Below are positions 1-7,738 of a stretch of 46,320 nt of DNA, one piece after another. The stretch comes from a virus: the IMG/VR virus record IMGVR_UViG_3300045988_108118. The stretch is one strand, 5' to 3'. The notes beneath the pieces are model-generated. The model ran no database searches. It was not told the DNA's origin and worked only from the letters and a program-made list of their open reading frames with translations. The first letter of the stretch is position 1. Each line of letters opens with the position of its first letter. The position numbers were made by a program, and so were the translations under genes.

Positions 1-24
1 AGAAATAAATAATTTCTCAACATC
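1..24. repeat. 24-nt terminal overlap, identical to 46297-46320. It marks closure of a circular or permuted genome.
   Basis: agaaataaataatttctcaacatc is read at both ends. The frame of the ORF starting at 45920 continues without a stop into base 25. Confidence 0.9.
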
Positions 25-583
25 GCCTTGCGATGCACCAATTCCTTCGGAATCGGTGAGAAATGAAAAAACAAAATCTCTTTGGGATATTAGCAGAGAA
101 ATAACAGGAAATGACCCATTTACTTTTCCCTATCAGCCTACGAGCGATAGCGAGGAAAGCAGCGCCGCAGGCATAGTAAAGAAGAAGCCGCTTGTTAAAA
201 ATTTAACAGATATGGATAGGGCGACGCTTTTCAGCAAGGTATGCGACATGGCAATTGGGAATGAAATTCTCTTTGCGTTGCATTGTGGCACAAAACACGG
301 AATCGCAAATCTCACAATTAAAGGAGCGTTTGACTGTTGGCTCGACAATGCACTATACCGTGAGAGCGCGAGAGAAGCCTATTTAAGCAAGTTTCTTGAA
401 GCATGGGAAAATATCTGTGATAACTGCGCAGACCGTTTCTGGATGCCTGCGCGTGGCGGAGAGGGCTATGTATGGCAGAACGTGATTAGAAAGTACGCAA
501 GAGAATGGAATCCTGGCACTTTAAGCGAACGCCGGGAAGCTAAAGTAAAGGAGATTTTGGATGAAGATTCTGCATTGGATTGA
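2..583 (+). CDS. 3' part of the wrap-around gene that starts at 45920 (wHTH replication-initiator/DnaD-like protein, about 319 aa once the circle is closed).
   Basis: ORF-track entry 56-583 is in the same frame as 45920-46320 across the 24-nt overlap. There is no stop between base 2 and 583. Confidence 0.7.
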   Translation, partial: EINNFSTSPCDAPIPSESVRNEKTKSLWDISREITGNDPFTFPYQPTSDSEESSAAGIVKKKPLVKNLTDMDRATLFSKVCDMAIGNEILFALHCGTKHGIANLTIKGAFDCWLDNALYRESAREAYLSKFLEAWENICDNCADRFWMPARGGEGYVWQNVIRKYAREWNPGTLSERREAKVKEILDEDSALD

Positions 584-731
584 GGATGATGGTTACTGGA
601 TTTGTCCGATTTGCGGGCTTGAAGCTGGAAACCCAGCATATTACCCTGATTGCAGATGCCCAATTTGCGGATTCCAAGACGAAAAAGATAAGAACGAAGA
701 AGATAAGAAAGAGGTTCATAATGAGCGCTGA
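561..731 (+). CDS. Small zinc-ribbon protein (56 aa, below the ORF-track cutoff).
   Basis: ATG at 561 follows AAGGAG (548-553). Translation MKILHWIEDDGYWICPICGLEAGNPAYYPDCRCPICGFQDEKDK... carries two CPIC pairs. Confidence 0.55.
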   Translation: MKILHWIEDDGYWICPICGLEAGNPAYYPDCRCPICGFQDEKDKNEEDKKEVHNER

Positions 732-954
732 AATTTTCAAAATGATTGCGTATGGCGGCATGATTGTATTCTTGAACTGTATTGTAGCTGGGCTTATTGA
801 CTTGCTTCTCGGTGCTTTATTTTTAGACTTGGGAGATGCAGACAAGGAAGAAGCGGCAGAGAAATGTCTTATCCTTATTATTGTGATTGCCGCAATTGCA
901 CTAATTACTGCTCTTGACGGGGCGCTTTTGTATTCTGCGCTCTCAAACAAATAA
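721..954 (+). CDS. Small membrane protein (77 aa).
   Basis: Internal ATG of ORF 580-954, overlapping the stop of 561-731. Two hydrophobic helices: MIVFLNCIVAGLIDLLLGALFL and LILIIVIAAIALITAL. Confidence 0.5.
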   Translation: MSAEIFKMIAYGGMIVFLNCIVAGLIDLLLGALFLDLGDADKEEAAEKCLILIIVIAAIALITALDGALLYSALSNK

Positions 955-959
955 TCCAT

Positions 960-1007
960 AATTTGCAACATTCGTCCATTCCACTTTTTTATGCGGCATG
1001 GTAGAAT
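960..1007 (+). promoter_or_regulatory. Promoter P1 of the phage-specific class: TTTGCAACA box, then -35 TTCCAC, 17-nt spacer, -10 TAGAAT.
   Basis: AATTTGCAACAttcGTCCATTccac-N17-TAGAAT (979-984 and 1002-1007) aligns base for base with the promoter at 5735-5780. Confidence 0.55.
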
Positions 1008-1034
1008 AAATTCAGAACGAAAGGGAGTGAACAA

Positions 1035-2021
1035 ATGAAAATTTTCAATGTTGGGGACAAGGCAAGAGTCAGAAAAGACCTGGTTGGCGGTGAAATGTAC
1101 GATACCTGTACTTCTCATACTTGTCTTTGCAACGCAACAATGACACTTTTCGCCGGTTATGTCGTTGTCGTTTGTGGAAAAAATGACATAACTGGTATAA
1201 TGCACTTGCGCAAGGTTGAGGATGAGTTCACGACAACCATGCCCTTTGAATGGTCTGACGATATGCTTGAACCGTTAGAAGTAGAAGAAAAACAACCGCA
1301 CAATAACAAAGCAAAGAAAGGCTTCAATAACAAAGCAAAGAAAGGCTTCAATAACAAAGCAAAGAAAGGCTTCAAGGTAGGAGATAAAGTCGTCATCAAG
1401 ACAACGGTTTCTCGCGGAGAGCATATTGGCCACATAACCATTCAACCTTTCATGTTTGACCAAGCATACAAAAAAAGTGACATGTCGCATAGCCGAAAAA
1501 GAATTGGCACCGTAACTAGAATTGTAAATGACCATGACGACTATTACGCATTTAAAGTTAGTTTTGAGCATGACGATAGAGAGTTTACATGGCCGCGAGA
1601 CGCATTTGAGTTGTACGATGGCGATAATGACAAGCCAAAATCTCCAAAGCATAAAAAGAGCGTAGCTTCCACAGCTGATTACAGTGGTTACACGCCTAAG
1701 TCCGAGTTCTACTGCTACGACTATCTGAATAGACCCGCAACTTTCAGTAAGAACGCCATGAAAAACATCACAAAAATAGAAGTAACTGTTATGTCTGGCG
1801 ATGAAACTGGTTGCTTCTACGGAGTCTACAACGGCAAACATTGGCAATACAAATTCGACACAATGACAACTTCTCGGTTTCAAAGTTATGATGATGGCTC
1901 TTACACGGTAGAGGGTAAAGAGAACATCGAGAAGTGGATAAATTGGAATTATGACCCTGAAAAGGCCATTTACGCAGAGTATTCTATGGAGCGCATGAGA
2001 GCGTTCCGCAAGAGGGAATAA
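1035..2021 (+). CDS. Hypothetical protein with two 'VGDK' SH3/KOW-like modules joined by a repeat linker.
   Basis: 328-aa ORF with RBS aaGGGAG upstream. FNVGDKARVRKDL and FKVGDKVVIKTT modules flank NNKAKKGF x3. Confidence 0.8.
   Translation: MKIFNVGDKARVRKDLVGGEMYDTCTSHTCLCNATMTLFAGYVVVVCGKNDITGIMHLRKVEDEFTTTMPFEWSDDMLEPLEVEEKQPHNNKAKKGFNNKAKKGFNNKAKKGFKVGDKVVIKTTVSRGEHIGHITIQPFMFDQAYKKSDMSHSRKRIGTVTRIVNDHDDYYAFKVSFEHDDREFTWPRDAFELYDGDNDKPKSPKHKKSVASTADYSGYTPKSEFYCYDYLNRPATFSKNAMKNITKIEVTVMSGDETGCFYGVYNGKHWQYKFDTMTTSRFQSYDDGSYTVEGKENIEKWINWNYDPEKAIYAEYSMERMRAFRKRE
1302..1373 (+). repeat. Perfect 24-nt x3 in-frame tandem repeat encoding NNKAKKGF x3.
   Basis: aataacaaagcaaagaaaggcttc is read three times consecutively. 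Confidence 0.95.
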
Positions 2022-2024
2022 CAA

Positions 2025-2429
2025 ATGGACAGTGAACAGAAAAGGCTTTTGGCGAAGCAAAGACACGCATATTACGAAAATTACCGAGAATTATGGAAAG
2101 CGAATGGGCTTTGTCAGCATTGCGGCCATGTGAAAGAAGATGCAAGATACAAGACTTGCGAGAAGTGCCGGAAACGCAGCAGAGAAGCCAATGAGAAGTA
2201 TTCTGAAATCTCTGGTATGCCACGCAGGGATTACGTCAGAATCTTTGCAAAGAATCGTAGAGACAGGCTAACGTCAGAGGGGCTATGCTACGTTTGCGGA
2301 AAAGCCCCGGTAATGCCGGGTACACGGTGGTGCGAGAAATGTTCCGCAGATGCTACAAGGCGAAGAAAGGAGTTAAGAAATGAAAGCGCACATCAGCAGA
2401 CCGACCGGGCAGATGCAGAAAGCGATTGA
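2025..2429 (+). CDS. Double zinc-ribbon protein, function unknown.
   Basis: CQHCGH..CEKCRKR and CYVCGK..CEKCSAD (two CxxC-N-CxxC units); RBS AGAGGGA. Confidence 0.75.
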   Translation: MDSEQKRLLAKQRHAYYENYRELWKANGLCQHCGHVKEDARYKTCEKCRKRSREANEKYSEISGMPRRDYVRIFAKNRRDRLTSEGLCYVCGKAPVMPGTRWCEKCSADATRRRKELRNESAHQQTDRADAESD

Positions 2430-2712
2430 CGAGTATGCTGACAAGAAAATTGCCGAAATTCAGCAAGCAGGAGCGAAAGCGGTCGAAAAAGAGCGATACG
2501 ACATTGCCACAAGAGCAAGTTATCTGTGCTTGCTGGCGTGTTATCAGGCTGGACTTTCCCCTAAAACGCTGCGGCGCATCCAGAAACTTATGACAGGATG
2601 CGTTGCGGAGAAGTATCAAGAGTACAGAAACGACCAGCTTGCAGACCTTTGGGCGCAAGTCACACTGCAAGAAATTGGCGTTGAAGTAGAAGAAACCAAA
2701 GAAAAGCTATGA
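2380..2712 (+). CDS. Hypothetical protein.
   Basis: 110-aa ORF. AAGGAG lies 7 nt upstream of ATG 2380. The ORF overlaps the end of the previous gene. Confidence 0.65.
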   Translation: MKAHISRPTGQMQKAIDEYADKKIAEIQQAGAKAVEKERYDIATRASYLCLLACYQAGLSPKTLRRIQKLMTGCVAEKYQEYRNDQLADLWAQVTLQEIGVEVEETKEKL

Positions 2713-3143
2713 AAGGCGGTAATAACATGAAGATTATTCTCGATGTAGGCGCATATATGCCAACTTATGCTCATGATGCTGATGCTGGCATGGATTTGCG
2801 TACTCCTGTGGCGTTCATCGTACCTGCACATGGCAGCTATACGGTGGACACTGGTGTTCACATCCAGATTCCTGCTGGGCAAGTAGGATTTATTAAGTCT
2901 AAATCTGGGTTGAACGTGAAAGGCGGTTTGACAGCGACAGGGGTCATAGATAGTGGTTTTGCGGGGAGTATCCGCGTAAAGCTGTACAATCACAGCGACG
3001 AGGACTATATGTTCAGCCGTGGCGACAAGATTACGCAACTTGTCTTGCTCTATATCGCAAAGCCGGAGAATGGGTTTGAGGTCGTTGACCATTTCGAGGA
3101 AACGGAGCGCGGAAACAACGGGTTTGGTTCAACAGGGAGATAA
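2709..3143 (+). CDS. dut: dUTP diphosphatase (trimeric dUTPase).
   Basis: Motifs AGMDL, GVIDSGFAGSI and RGNNGFGSTG. ATGA overlap with the upstream stop; an alternative start is at 2727. Confidence 0.95.
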   Translation: MKGGNNMKIILDVGAYMPTYAHDADAGMDLRTPVAFIVPAHGSYTVDTGVHIQIPAGQVGFIKSKSGLNVKGGLTATGVIDSGFAGSIRVKLYNHSDEDYMFSRGDKITQLVLLYIAKPENGFEVVDHFEETERGNNGFGSTGR

Positions 3144-3145
3144 GC

Positions 3146-3409
3146 ATGAATGTAAGCGTAGAACATCGACTCTTGATGGGTCACATGGACGTTGAAAAGA
3201 TTCTGGAACGTAAGCGTCAACTTAGGATTCGCAAGGCAATGTCTAACTACCAGTTAGCAGTACACAATAAGCAGGAATGTGCAAGGGAAACGTTTCTTGA
3301 TGAAGTTCTTGAAATTGAAAGAGATTTTCAAGAAGAACTGTCCGAATACGACAAAATGTTTGATTATGCGCTCTATTTCGAGCGCGAGAAAAAGGAGAAC
3401 GACAAATGA
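3146..3409 (+). CDS. Hypothetical protein.
   Basis: 87-aa ORF with RBS GGGAGA, tightly packed in the operon. Confidence 0.65.
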   Translation: MNVSVEHRLLMGHMDVEKILERKRQLRIRKAMSNYQLAVHNKQECARETFLDEVLEIERDFQEELSEYDKMFDYALYFEREKKENDK

Positions 3410-3804
3410 TTTGCAACATTGCTCTGTCCGAAGAAGAATTTTCCAAGGCTCTTGCCGCTGGCGCTGATGGCATTGCTCTTTTTGAGTACAAAGACGGTAA
3501 GCCGACCGGCAAAAAGGCTGTTTTCAAGCCCGTAGCCGTTGCTAAGGCTATTCACAAGAAAGACGATGCAAAGCAGGAGAAGAAGAGCGACGACATCATT
3601 CCTGCCTACTACGGCGGCGAGGATAACGCATACGAAGCAATCAAGGTAATTAACGCATGGAATCTTGGCTTTGAACTTGGCAACGCGGTAAAATACATTT
3701 GTCGCGCTGGAAAGAAGCCTGGCAATGAATATGTCAACGAACTTAAAAAAGCACGTTTTTACGTTGATTATGAAATTCAAAAATGTAATGGCAGTAAGGA
3801 GTGA
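3406..3804 (+). CDS. DUF3310-family phage protein.
   Basis: YEAIKVINAWNLGFELGNAVKYICRAGKK...ELKKARFYVDYEI matches the DUF3310 signature as I recall it. Confidence 0.8.
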   Translation: MICNIALSEEEFSKALAAGADGIALFEYKDGKPTGKKAVFKPVAVAKAIHKKDDAKQEKKSDDIIPAYYGGEDNAYEAIKVINAWNLGFELGNAVKYICRAGKKPGNEYVNELKKARFYVDYEIQKCNGSKE

Positions 3805-4429
3805 TTTTTTATTGGGATTTCACGGTGGGATACATGGCGTAATAAAGCCAGAGAACAAAGCGGGGGTTAAATTTGTAAGAAAAGACGATTCTGACAGCCG
3901 AAAATACATTTGTATTTGTCCGTTATGTGGCAAGGAATTTTCGATGTTTGCAAACAGTTATTACGTTGACACAAATTCTTGCAACTGCATTGAAGCGGAA
4001 CGTAAGGAAAATGAAAGGCTGCTCGGAGTATATTCAAACATAAAGACACGCTGTTACAACAAAAAATCATCATCGTATAAAAACTACGGTGGCCGTGGGA
4101 TTAAGATGTGTGATGAATGGAAGAACAGCACGCTTGCTTTTATTCGATGGGCAAATGCAAACGGATACGACAAAAATGCTCCAAATGGACAATGCACAAT
4201 AGAAAGGATTGACCACGATGGAGACTATTGCCCGGAGAACTGTTGTTGGGCCAACAGAGTAGAGCAAGCAAATAATAAAAGGTCTAACATAGTTGTTTTT
4301 GGATTGTCTCTGAAATGGTTTTGCGCGCTAAATGGTCTAAACTACAAGTCAGAGCACGGATGGTTCGTAAAACACAACAGAGATGTAAAACTGTTAGAAG
4401 AAAGGTTAAAAAACAAATGTGGTCTATGA
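3788..4429 (+). CDS. HNH-like (HNH_3-type) freestanding homing-endonuclease-like protein; paralog of 19796-20464.
   Basis: TRCYN..YKNYGGRGIKMCDEW...TIERIDHDGDYCPENCCWANRVEQANNKR. Start is uncertain (ATG 3788 or TTG 3812 after AAGGAG 3796-3801); the ORF track gives 3725. Confidence 0.75.
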   Translation: MAVRSDFLLGFHGGIHGVIKPENKAGVKFVRKDDSDSRKYICICPLCGKEFSMFANSYYVDTNSCNCIEAERKENERLLGVYSNIKTRCYNKKSSSYKNYGGRGIKMCDEWKNSTLAFIRWANANGYDKNAPNGQCTIERIDHDGDYCPENCCWANRVEQANNKRSNIVVFGLSLKWFCALNGLNYKSEHGWFVKHNRDVKLLEERLKNKCGL

Positions 4430-4456
4430 TTAAAACAGAGAAAGGCGAGGCTTGAT

Positions 4457-5182
4457 ATGCAAGTTAAACTTATCGCACACTCCATGCCGATTGAGGACTG
4501 CGGAGATTTTGATGGTCTGAAGCTCGGTCAGATGTACAATCCAATTAACATTGTCGAACGGTGCGCAAGCGTCTGCTACGACAGCGAACCGGATTTCGAC
4601 AAGTTCCGTATCGCCAAGGGCTGTGCAAAGACCGGGCACATGAGCGTGTATGAACACGCATATTTCACATTCCACATAAGTGGAATTAGTCGCGCATGTC
4701 TGGCACAGTTGTCAAGACACAGACATATAAGCCTGTCAGTTCGTAGCCAGCGCTATTGCGATGAAAGCGGCAACGGTATTCTTGGCTGTATCATTCCTAA
4801 GGCTTTCAACGACGAGCAGTTTGAAATCGCAATGCAGGCTTACAATGATGAAATCGACATGTATCAAGTCCTGCTGGCAAGCGGAGCAGCAAAAGAAGAT
4901 GCTCGAATGGTGCTGCCTAACGCGATGGAAACTGAATTGTACCTGTCAGCCAACGCGCGAGCGCTGATTGAAGCAAGTCATTTGCGGCTGTGCAACAGAG
5001 CACAAGAGGAAATCAGAACGATGTTCGGCAAGATGAAGAAAGAAGTCGAACAAGTTTCTCCCGAAATCGCAAAGATGATGGTTCCGCAGTGTGAGGTAAA
5101 TCCGAGTTATCCGTTCTGTACAGAACGCGAATCCTGCGGAAGACACAAGACACTGAAAGAGGTGTATAAGAGTGACGTATAA
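4457..5182 (+). CDS. thyX: Flavin-dependent thymidylate synthase ThyX.
   Basis: ThyX signature RHRHISLSVRSQR (RHRxxSxxxxSxR) plus GHMSVYEH. Confidence 0.95.
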   Translation: MQVKLIAHSMPIEDCGDFDGLKLGQMYNPINIVERCASVCYDSEPDFDKFRIAKGCAKTGHMSVYEHAYFTFHISGISRACLAQLSRHRHISLSVRSQRYCDESGNGILGCIIPKAFNDEQFEIAMQAYNDEIDMYQVLLASGAAKEDARMVLPNAMETELYLSANARALIEASHLRLCNRAQEEIRTMFGKMKKEVEQVSPEIAKMMVPQCEVNPSYPFCTERESCGRHKTLKEVYKSDV

Positions 5183-5498
5183 CGCACAAAAAGTCTCGAA
5201 ATACTGTGACGAAATGTCCGATAAATACGGAGCTGGTGAATGTGAGAAGCACTGCACCGTAGCAGACCTCTGCGAGCGCTGTGATGGTGATTTTGACAGC
5301 CTGATTGATAATGATACCACATACGCGGACAGAGCCGTAGAAAGACTCGACAAGGCCCACGCAGACGATGTGGCGAATAGCGTTCTGGTGGAGTATTACA
5401 AGAAAGAACTGGAAAAACGCGACCAAGAGATTGTCGCACTGAAAGAGATGAACAAGATTCTGGCAGAGAGCATCAGAAACTTGTCAAACAAGGGGTGA
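5172..5498 (+). CDS. Hypothetical protein (Cys cluster, C-terminal coiled coil).
   Basis: GTG start 7 nt after GAGGTG; 108-aa ORF. Confidence 0.65.
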   Translation: MTYNAQKVSKYCDEMSDKYGAGECEKHCTVADLCERCDGDFDSLIDNDTTYADRAVERLDKAHADDVANSVLVEYYKKELEKRDQEIVALKEMNKILAESIRNLSNKG

Positions 5499-5502
5499 AA
5501 CA

Positions 5503-5733
5503 ATGAAAGCTGTAATTCTTGCAATGCTGTTTATTTCTCTATATTTTGCAATCGGAATTGCGGTTACGTGGTTCGTCACGCAGCTTGTCACCGGGGACAA
5601 ATACAACGAACTCACATACCTTACCGTTGCTCTTATTTGGCCTGTCATGGTTTTCGTGTGTATCATCGCTGTGATTGTCGGATACGTTTTTAAATTTGCA
5701 TTTTGGTTGCAAAAGAAGTTCAAAAAACATTAA
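5503..5733 (+). CDS. Small membrane protein (two TM helices).
   Basis: Translation MKAVILAMLFISLYFAIGIAVTWFV...ALIWPVMVFVCIIAVIVGYVF; RBS GGGGTG. Confidence 0.7.
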   Translation: MKAVILAMLFISLYFAIGIAVTWFVTQLVTGDKYNELTYLTVALIWPVMVFVCIIAVIVGYVFKFAFWLQKKFKKH

Positions 5734-5734
5734 A

Positions 5735-5799
5735 TTTGCAACAAAAGTCCATTGAAATTGCTTGCCGAGTATGGTAAGATATAAGTGTTCCAAGGGAAC
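5735..5799 (+). promoter_or_regulatory. Promoter P2 for the tRNA cluster: TTTGCAACA box, TTGAAA-17-TAAGAT, then the GTTCCAAGGGAAC palindrome at the start region.
   Basis: -35 at 5752-5757, -10 at 5775-5780, palindrome at 5787-5799. Same layout as 960-1007 and, on the minus strand, 12573-12660. Confidence 0.65.
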
Positions 5800-6025
5800 A
5801 AACCAGATAGCCATTTGAACGATTGCCTTCTGGGGATGAACTGCTGTGTGAGTTCTACCGACTGCCGCCGAGAATCTTAAAGCACAGATTTCCTACTGCT
5901 GGGAATACTCCGATGCCATGAGCAAGGAACGGCGGATTCTGCCGACATAGCGACTGTTCGCGCTCGCTTTCAATTTTACGGCAACTTACAGAGCAGCCGT
6001 AAAAGAGAGTTGGTCGGCATTATAT

Positions 6026-6100
6026 TGCGGATTAGCCAAGTGGTAAGGCATGGGACTTTGACTCCCTGATTCGCTGGTTCGAGTCCAGCATTCGCAACCA
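6026..6100 (+). tRNA. tRNA-Gln (anticodon TTG), CCA encoded.
   Basis: Manual cloverleaf: acceptor TGCGGAT/ATTCGCA, D arm GCCAAGTGGTAAGGC, anticodon loop CTTTGAC, T arm GCTGG-TTCGAGT-CCAGC. It aligns along its full length with the E. coli tRNA-Gln layout. Confidence 0.9.
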
Positions 6101-6119
6101 CGTTTACTTGTCCATAAGT

Positions 6120-6147
6120 AACCCTCCTATTCAGCGCGAGGGTTTTC
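6120..6147 (+). terminator. Hairpin plus U-run after tRNA-Gln; possible partial terminator or processing signal.
   Basis: AACCCTC-N11-GAGGGTT followed by TTTCGTGTTCATTTT. Confidence 0.35.
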
Positions 6148-6238
6148 GTGTTCATTTTACCTCGTGCGCGAGCATTTTATACCTCCGCCCCGATATGCGT
6201 ATTCAGTCCGTGGGGTTCAAGACGCAGCGGACTATTAT

Positions 6239-6313
6239 GGCTCTTTAGTTCAACGGTAGAACACCCGGCTCATAACCGGGCAGTCGATGGGTCGACACCA
6301 TCAGGAGCCACCA
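6239..6313 (+). tRNA. tRNA with CAT anticodon (elongator Met or Ile2-type; not initiator-like), CCA encoded.
   Basis: Acceptor GGCTCTT/AGGAGCC, D arm GTTC-AACGGTA-GAAC, anticodon arm CCCGG-CTCATAA-CCGGG, T arm GATGG-GTCGACA-CCATC. The G1-C72 pair argues against an initiator. Confidence 0.9.
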
Positions 6314-6429
6314 CCGGGTTCTCCATGCCCGAATTCTCCTTTATACGTTCTCCAAAGTTTGCCGCAGACTTATAGCAGTTGAGGTTTAGGCATTTCCCTT
6401 AACTGTGAGTTAGAAGCGGCACTTTTTAT

Positions 6430-6505
6430 GCTGGATTATCTCAACTGGTAGAGAACCTGTTTTGTAATCAGGGGGTTCGGGGTTCAAGTCCTCGATTCAG
6501 CACCA
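6430..6505 (+). tRNA. tRNA-Thr (anticodon TGT), CCA encoded.
   Basis: Acceptor GCTGGAT/ATTCAGC, D arm TCTC-AACTGGTA-GAGA, anticodon arm CCTGT-TTTGTAA-TCAGG (one T-T mismatch at 31-39), T arm CGGGG-TTCAAGT-CCTCG. Confidence 0.8.
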
Positions 6506-6718
6506 AGGCCGATGATACGGGTAAAGGTAGCAGAGCCGGACGCGGCAATTGTGTTCCCCGTTAGGCGACCCCAGCGAGCCTACTGACAGTGCGTAACATG
6601 CTGGGCTTTTAACAGGCTTATGCTGGTATGGCTTGCCAAAGACACTTGCGAGGCGGAAAGCATGAGCCTTATTTTTTAGATGTTCCCGACATTTATGTCG
6701 GAGAGAAAGGAGACCACT

Positions 6719-6841
6719 ATGATTTTCCCTGTTGGTGCTATTATTGCCACGCAGAACGCTGTGGCGCGTCATCGCCGAGAGGAAGAGAAAAGGCGAGAAG
6801 CCGAAAAGAAAAAGAAAAAGAAAAAGCAGAAAAACAAATAA
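6719..6841 (+). CDS. Possible 40-aa lysine-rich peptide.
   Basis: ATG follows gAAAGGAG. Translation [40 protein letters not shown] is low-complexity, so coding is uncertain. Confidence 0.3.
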   Translation: MIFPVGAIIATQNAVARHRREEEKRREAEKKKKKKKQKNK

Positions 6842-6854
6842 TAGGAGGCTTGCC

Positions 6855-7037
6855 ATGAAATTCAGAAAAAAGCCTGTTGTCATTGAAGCGTACCAGACGC
6901 AGGAAGAACTTGATATTTTTACGCTGGAAGGCGTTATGCACGCCGCTCCCGGTGACTGGATTATCACTGGTGTGAACGGTGAACAGTATCCGTGCAAGCC
7001 AGACATCTTTGAAAAGACATACGAGCCTGTAGAGTGA
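6855..7037 (+). CDS. Small conserved-looking phage protein (60 aa).
   Basis: ATG at 6855 follows [21 protein letters not shown]...[28 protein letters not shown]. The ORF-track 6732 start is a low-complexity N-terminal extension. Confidence 0.7.
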   Translation: MKFRKKPVVIEAYQTQEELDIFTLEGVMHAAPGDWIITGVNGEQYPCKPDIFEKTYEPVE

Positions 7038-7199
7038 ACAGATCGCGGCAAGCCTTATTTATCCCGCACAGCCAACTTTGTTATGCCAGTGCCATGGGCA
7101 GACATAACAATGGACAAGGTCGACTCGCACCAAAGCAACGGCGAGCAGTCAGGAGCAAGACCTGCGTGTGGGCTTAATTTGAATTTAGAGGTGCAGATA

Positions 7200-7355
7200 G
7201 TGGACATGCTGGTAAATTGTATCCAAGCAGTAGCAGTCGTAATTATTATGATTCTTTGCTTTATTGCGGGCTATGAAGCTGGCAAGAACGATGCCACTAC
7301 GCACAGCAAACGCCGTGAATATCCTATCATGATGGAGCACAAGCACGGCGAATAA
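7200..7355 (+). CDS. Possible small membrane protein.
   Basis: GTG 7200 or ATG 7206 follows GAGGTG. One TM helix (VNCIQAVAVVIIMILCFIAGY). The ORF-track start at 7083 has no RBS. Confidence 0.4.
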   Translation: MDMLVNCIQAVAVVIIMILCFIAGYEAGKNDATTHSKRREYPIMMEHKHGE

Positions 7356-7400
7356 ACTTAGCCATTCTCTTGCGGTTTTCATATTCAGTATCCTTTCGGG

Positions 7401-7434
7401 AAAAGACCTCTAGCTGCAACTAGGGGTCTTTTCC
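7401..7434 (+). terminator. Rho-independent terminator closing the plus-strand left block.
   Basis: AAAAGACCTCTAG-ctgcaa-CTAGGGGTCTTTT, followed by TTCC. Confidence 0.8.
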
Positions 7435-7448
7435 TATGCAGATAGGGC

Positions 7449-7572
7449 TTGATTTTTGCCGCAAACAGTGATAGAATATAGACGGGTGACAGGGTTTGAC
7501 GCGCTGTTTGTCATAAAGCAGAACTCCTTTTCTCGAAAAAGGCTCTTGCGAGTAATCGCAGGGGTCTTTTTT
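7449..7572 (+). ncRNA. Candidate small RNA unit 1: promoter plus an approximately 90-nt transcript plus terminator.
   Basis: TTGATT (7449-7454), 17-nt spacer, TGaTAGAAT (-10 at 7472-7477). Hairpins TGACA..TGTCA and CCTTTT..AAAAGG. Terminal TGCGA-gtaa-TCGCA followed by GGGGTCTTTTTT. No RBS and no credible ORF. Confidence 0.45.
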
Positions 7573-7573
7573 G

Positions 7574-7684
7574 TTGCAATCAGAGCAGAATCGTGGTACA
7601 ATGGAGATGCTAACAATCCTAGTTTGGGATTTTTCCAACTCAAAGGCTTTTGCGGATAAACCCGTGGAAGCCTTTTTTGTTTTC
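7574..7684 (+). ncRNA. Candidate small RNA unit 2: promoter plus an approximately 70-nt transcript plus terminator.
   Basis: TTGCAA (7574-7579), 17-nt spacer, TGgTACAAT (-10 at 7597-7602). Terminator AAAGGCTT-N18-AAGCCTTT followed by TTTTGTTTT (7642-7684). Confidence 0.5.
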
Positions 7685-7738
7685 GCGCGAATTTTTGAAA
7701 TGACAATAGGGAAGAAGCTAAATTCGAGTTAAGCGAGC

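Noticed and set aside
3408-3430. A fourth TTTGCAACA-box promoter (ATTTGCAACATTGCTCTGTCC) at the start of the DUF3310 gene.
   Set aside because: It lies inside coding sequence and no -10 element follows at the right distance. It is likely a chance partial match.
6361-6620. Possible fourth or fifth tRNA in the spacers (GCCGC..GCGGC at 6361-6420; GGTAGCAGAGCCGG... at 6528-6600).
   Set aside because: I could not build a cloverleaf. There is no T-arm (GTTCRA-type) and no consistent anticodon arm.
6497-7051. 184-aa minus-strand ORF.
   Set aside because: It overlaps the 3' end of tRNA-Thr and two plus-strand genes that have good RBSs. Its middle is low-complexity poly-F/L from the lysine-codon run.
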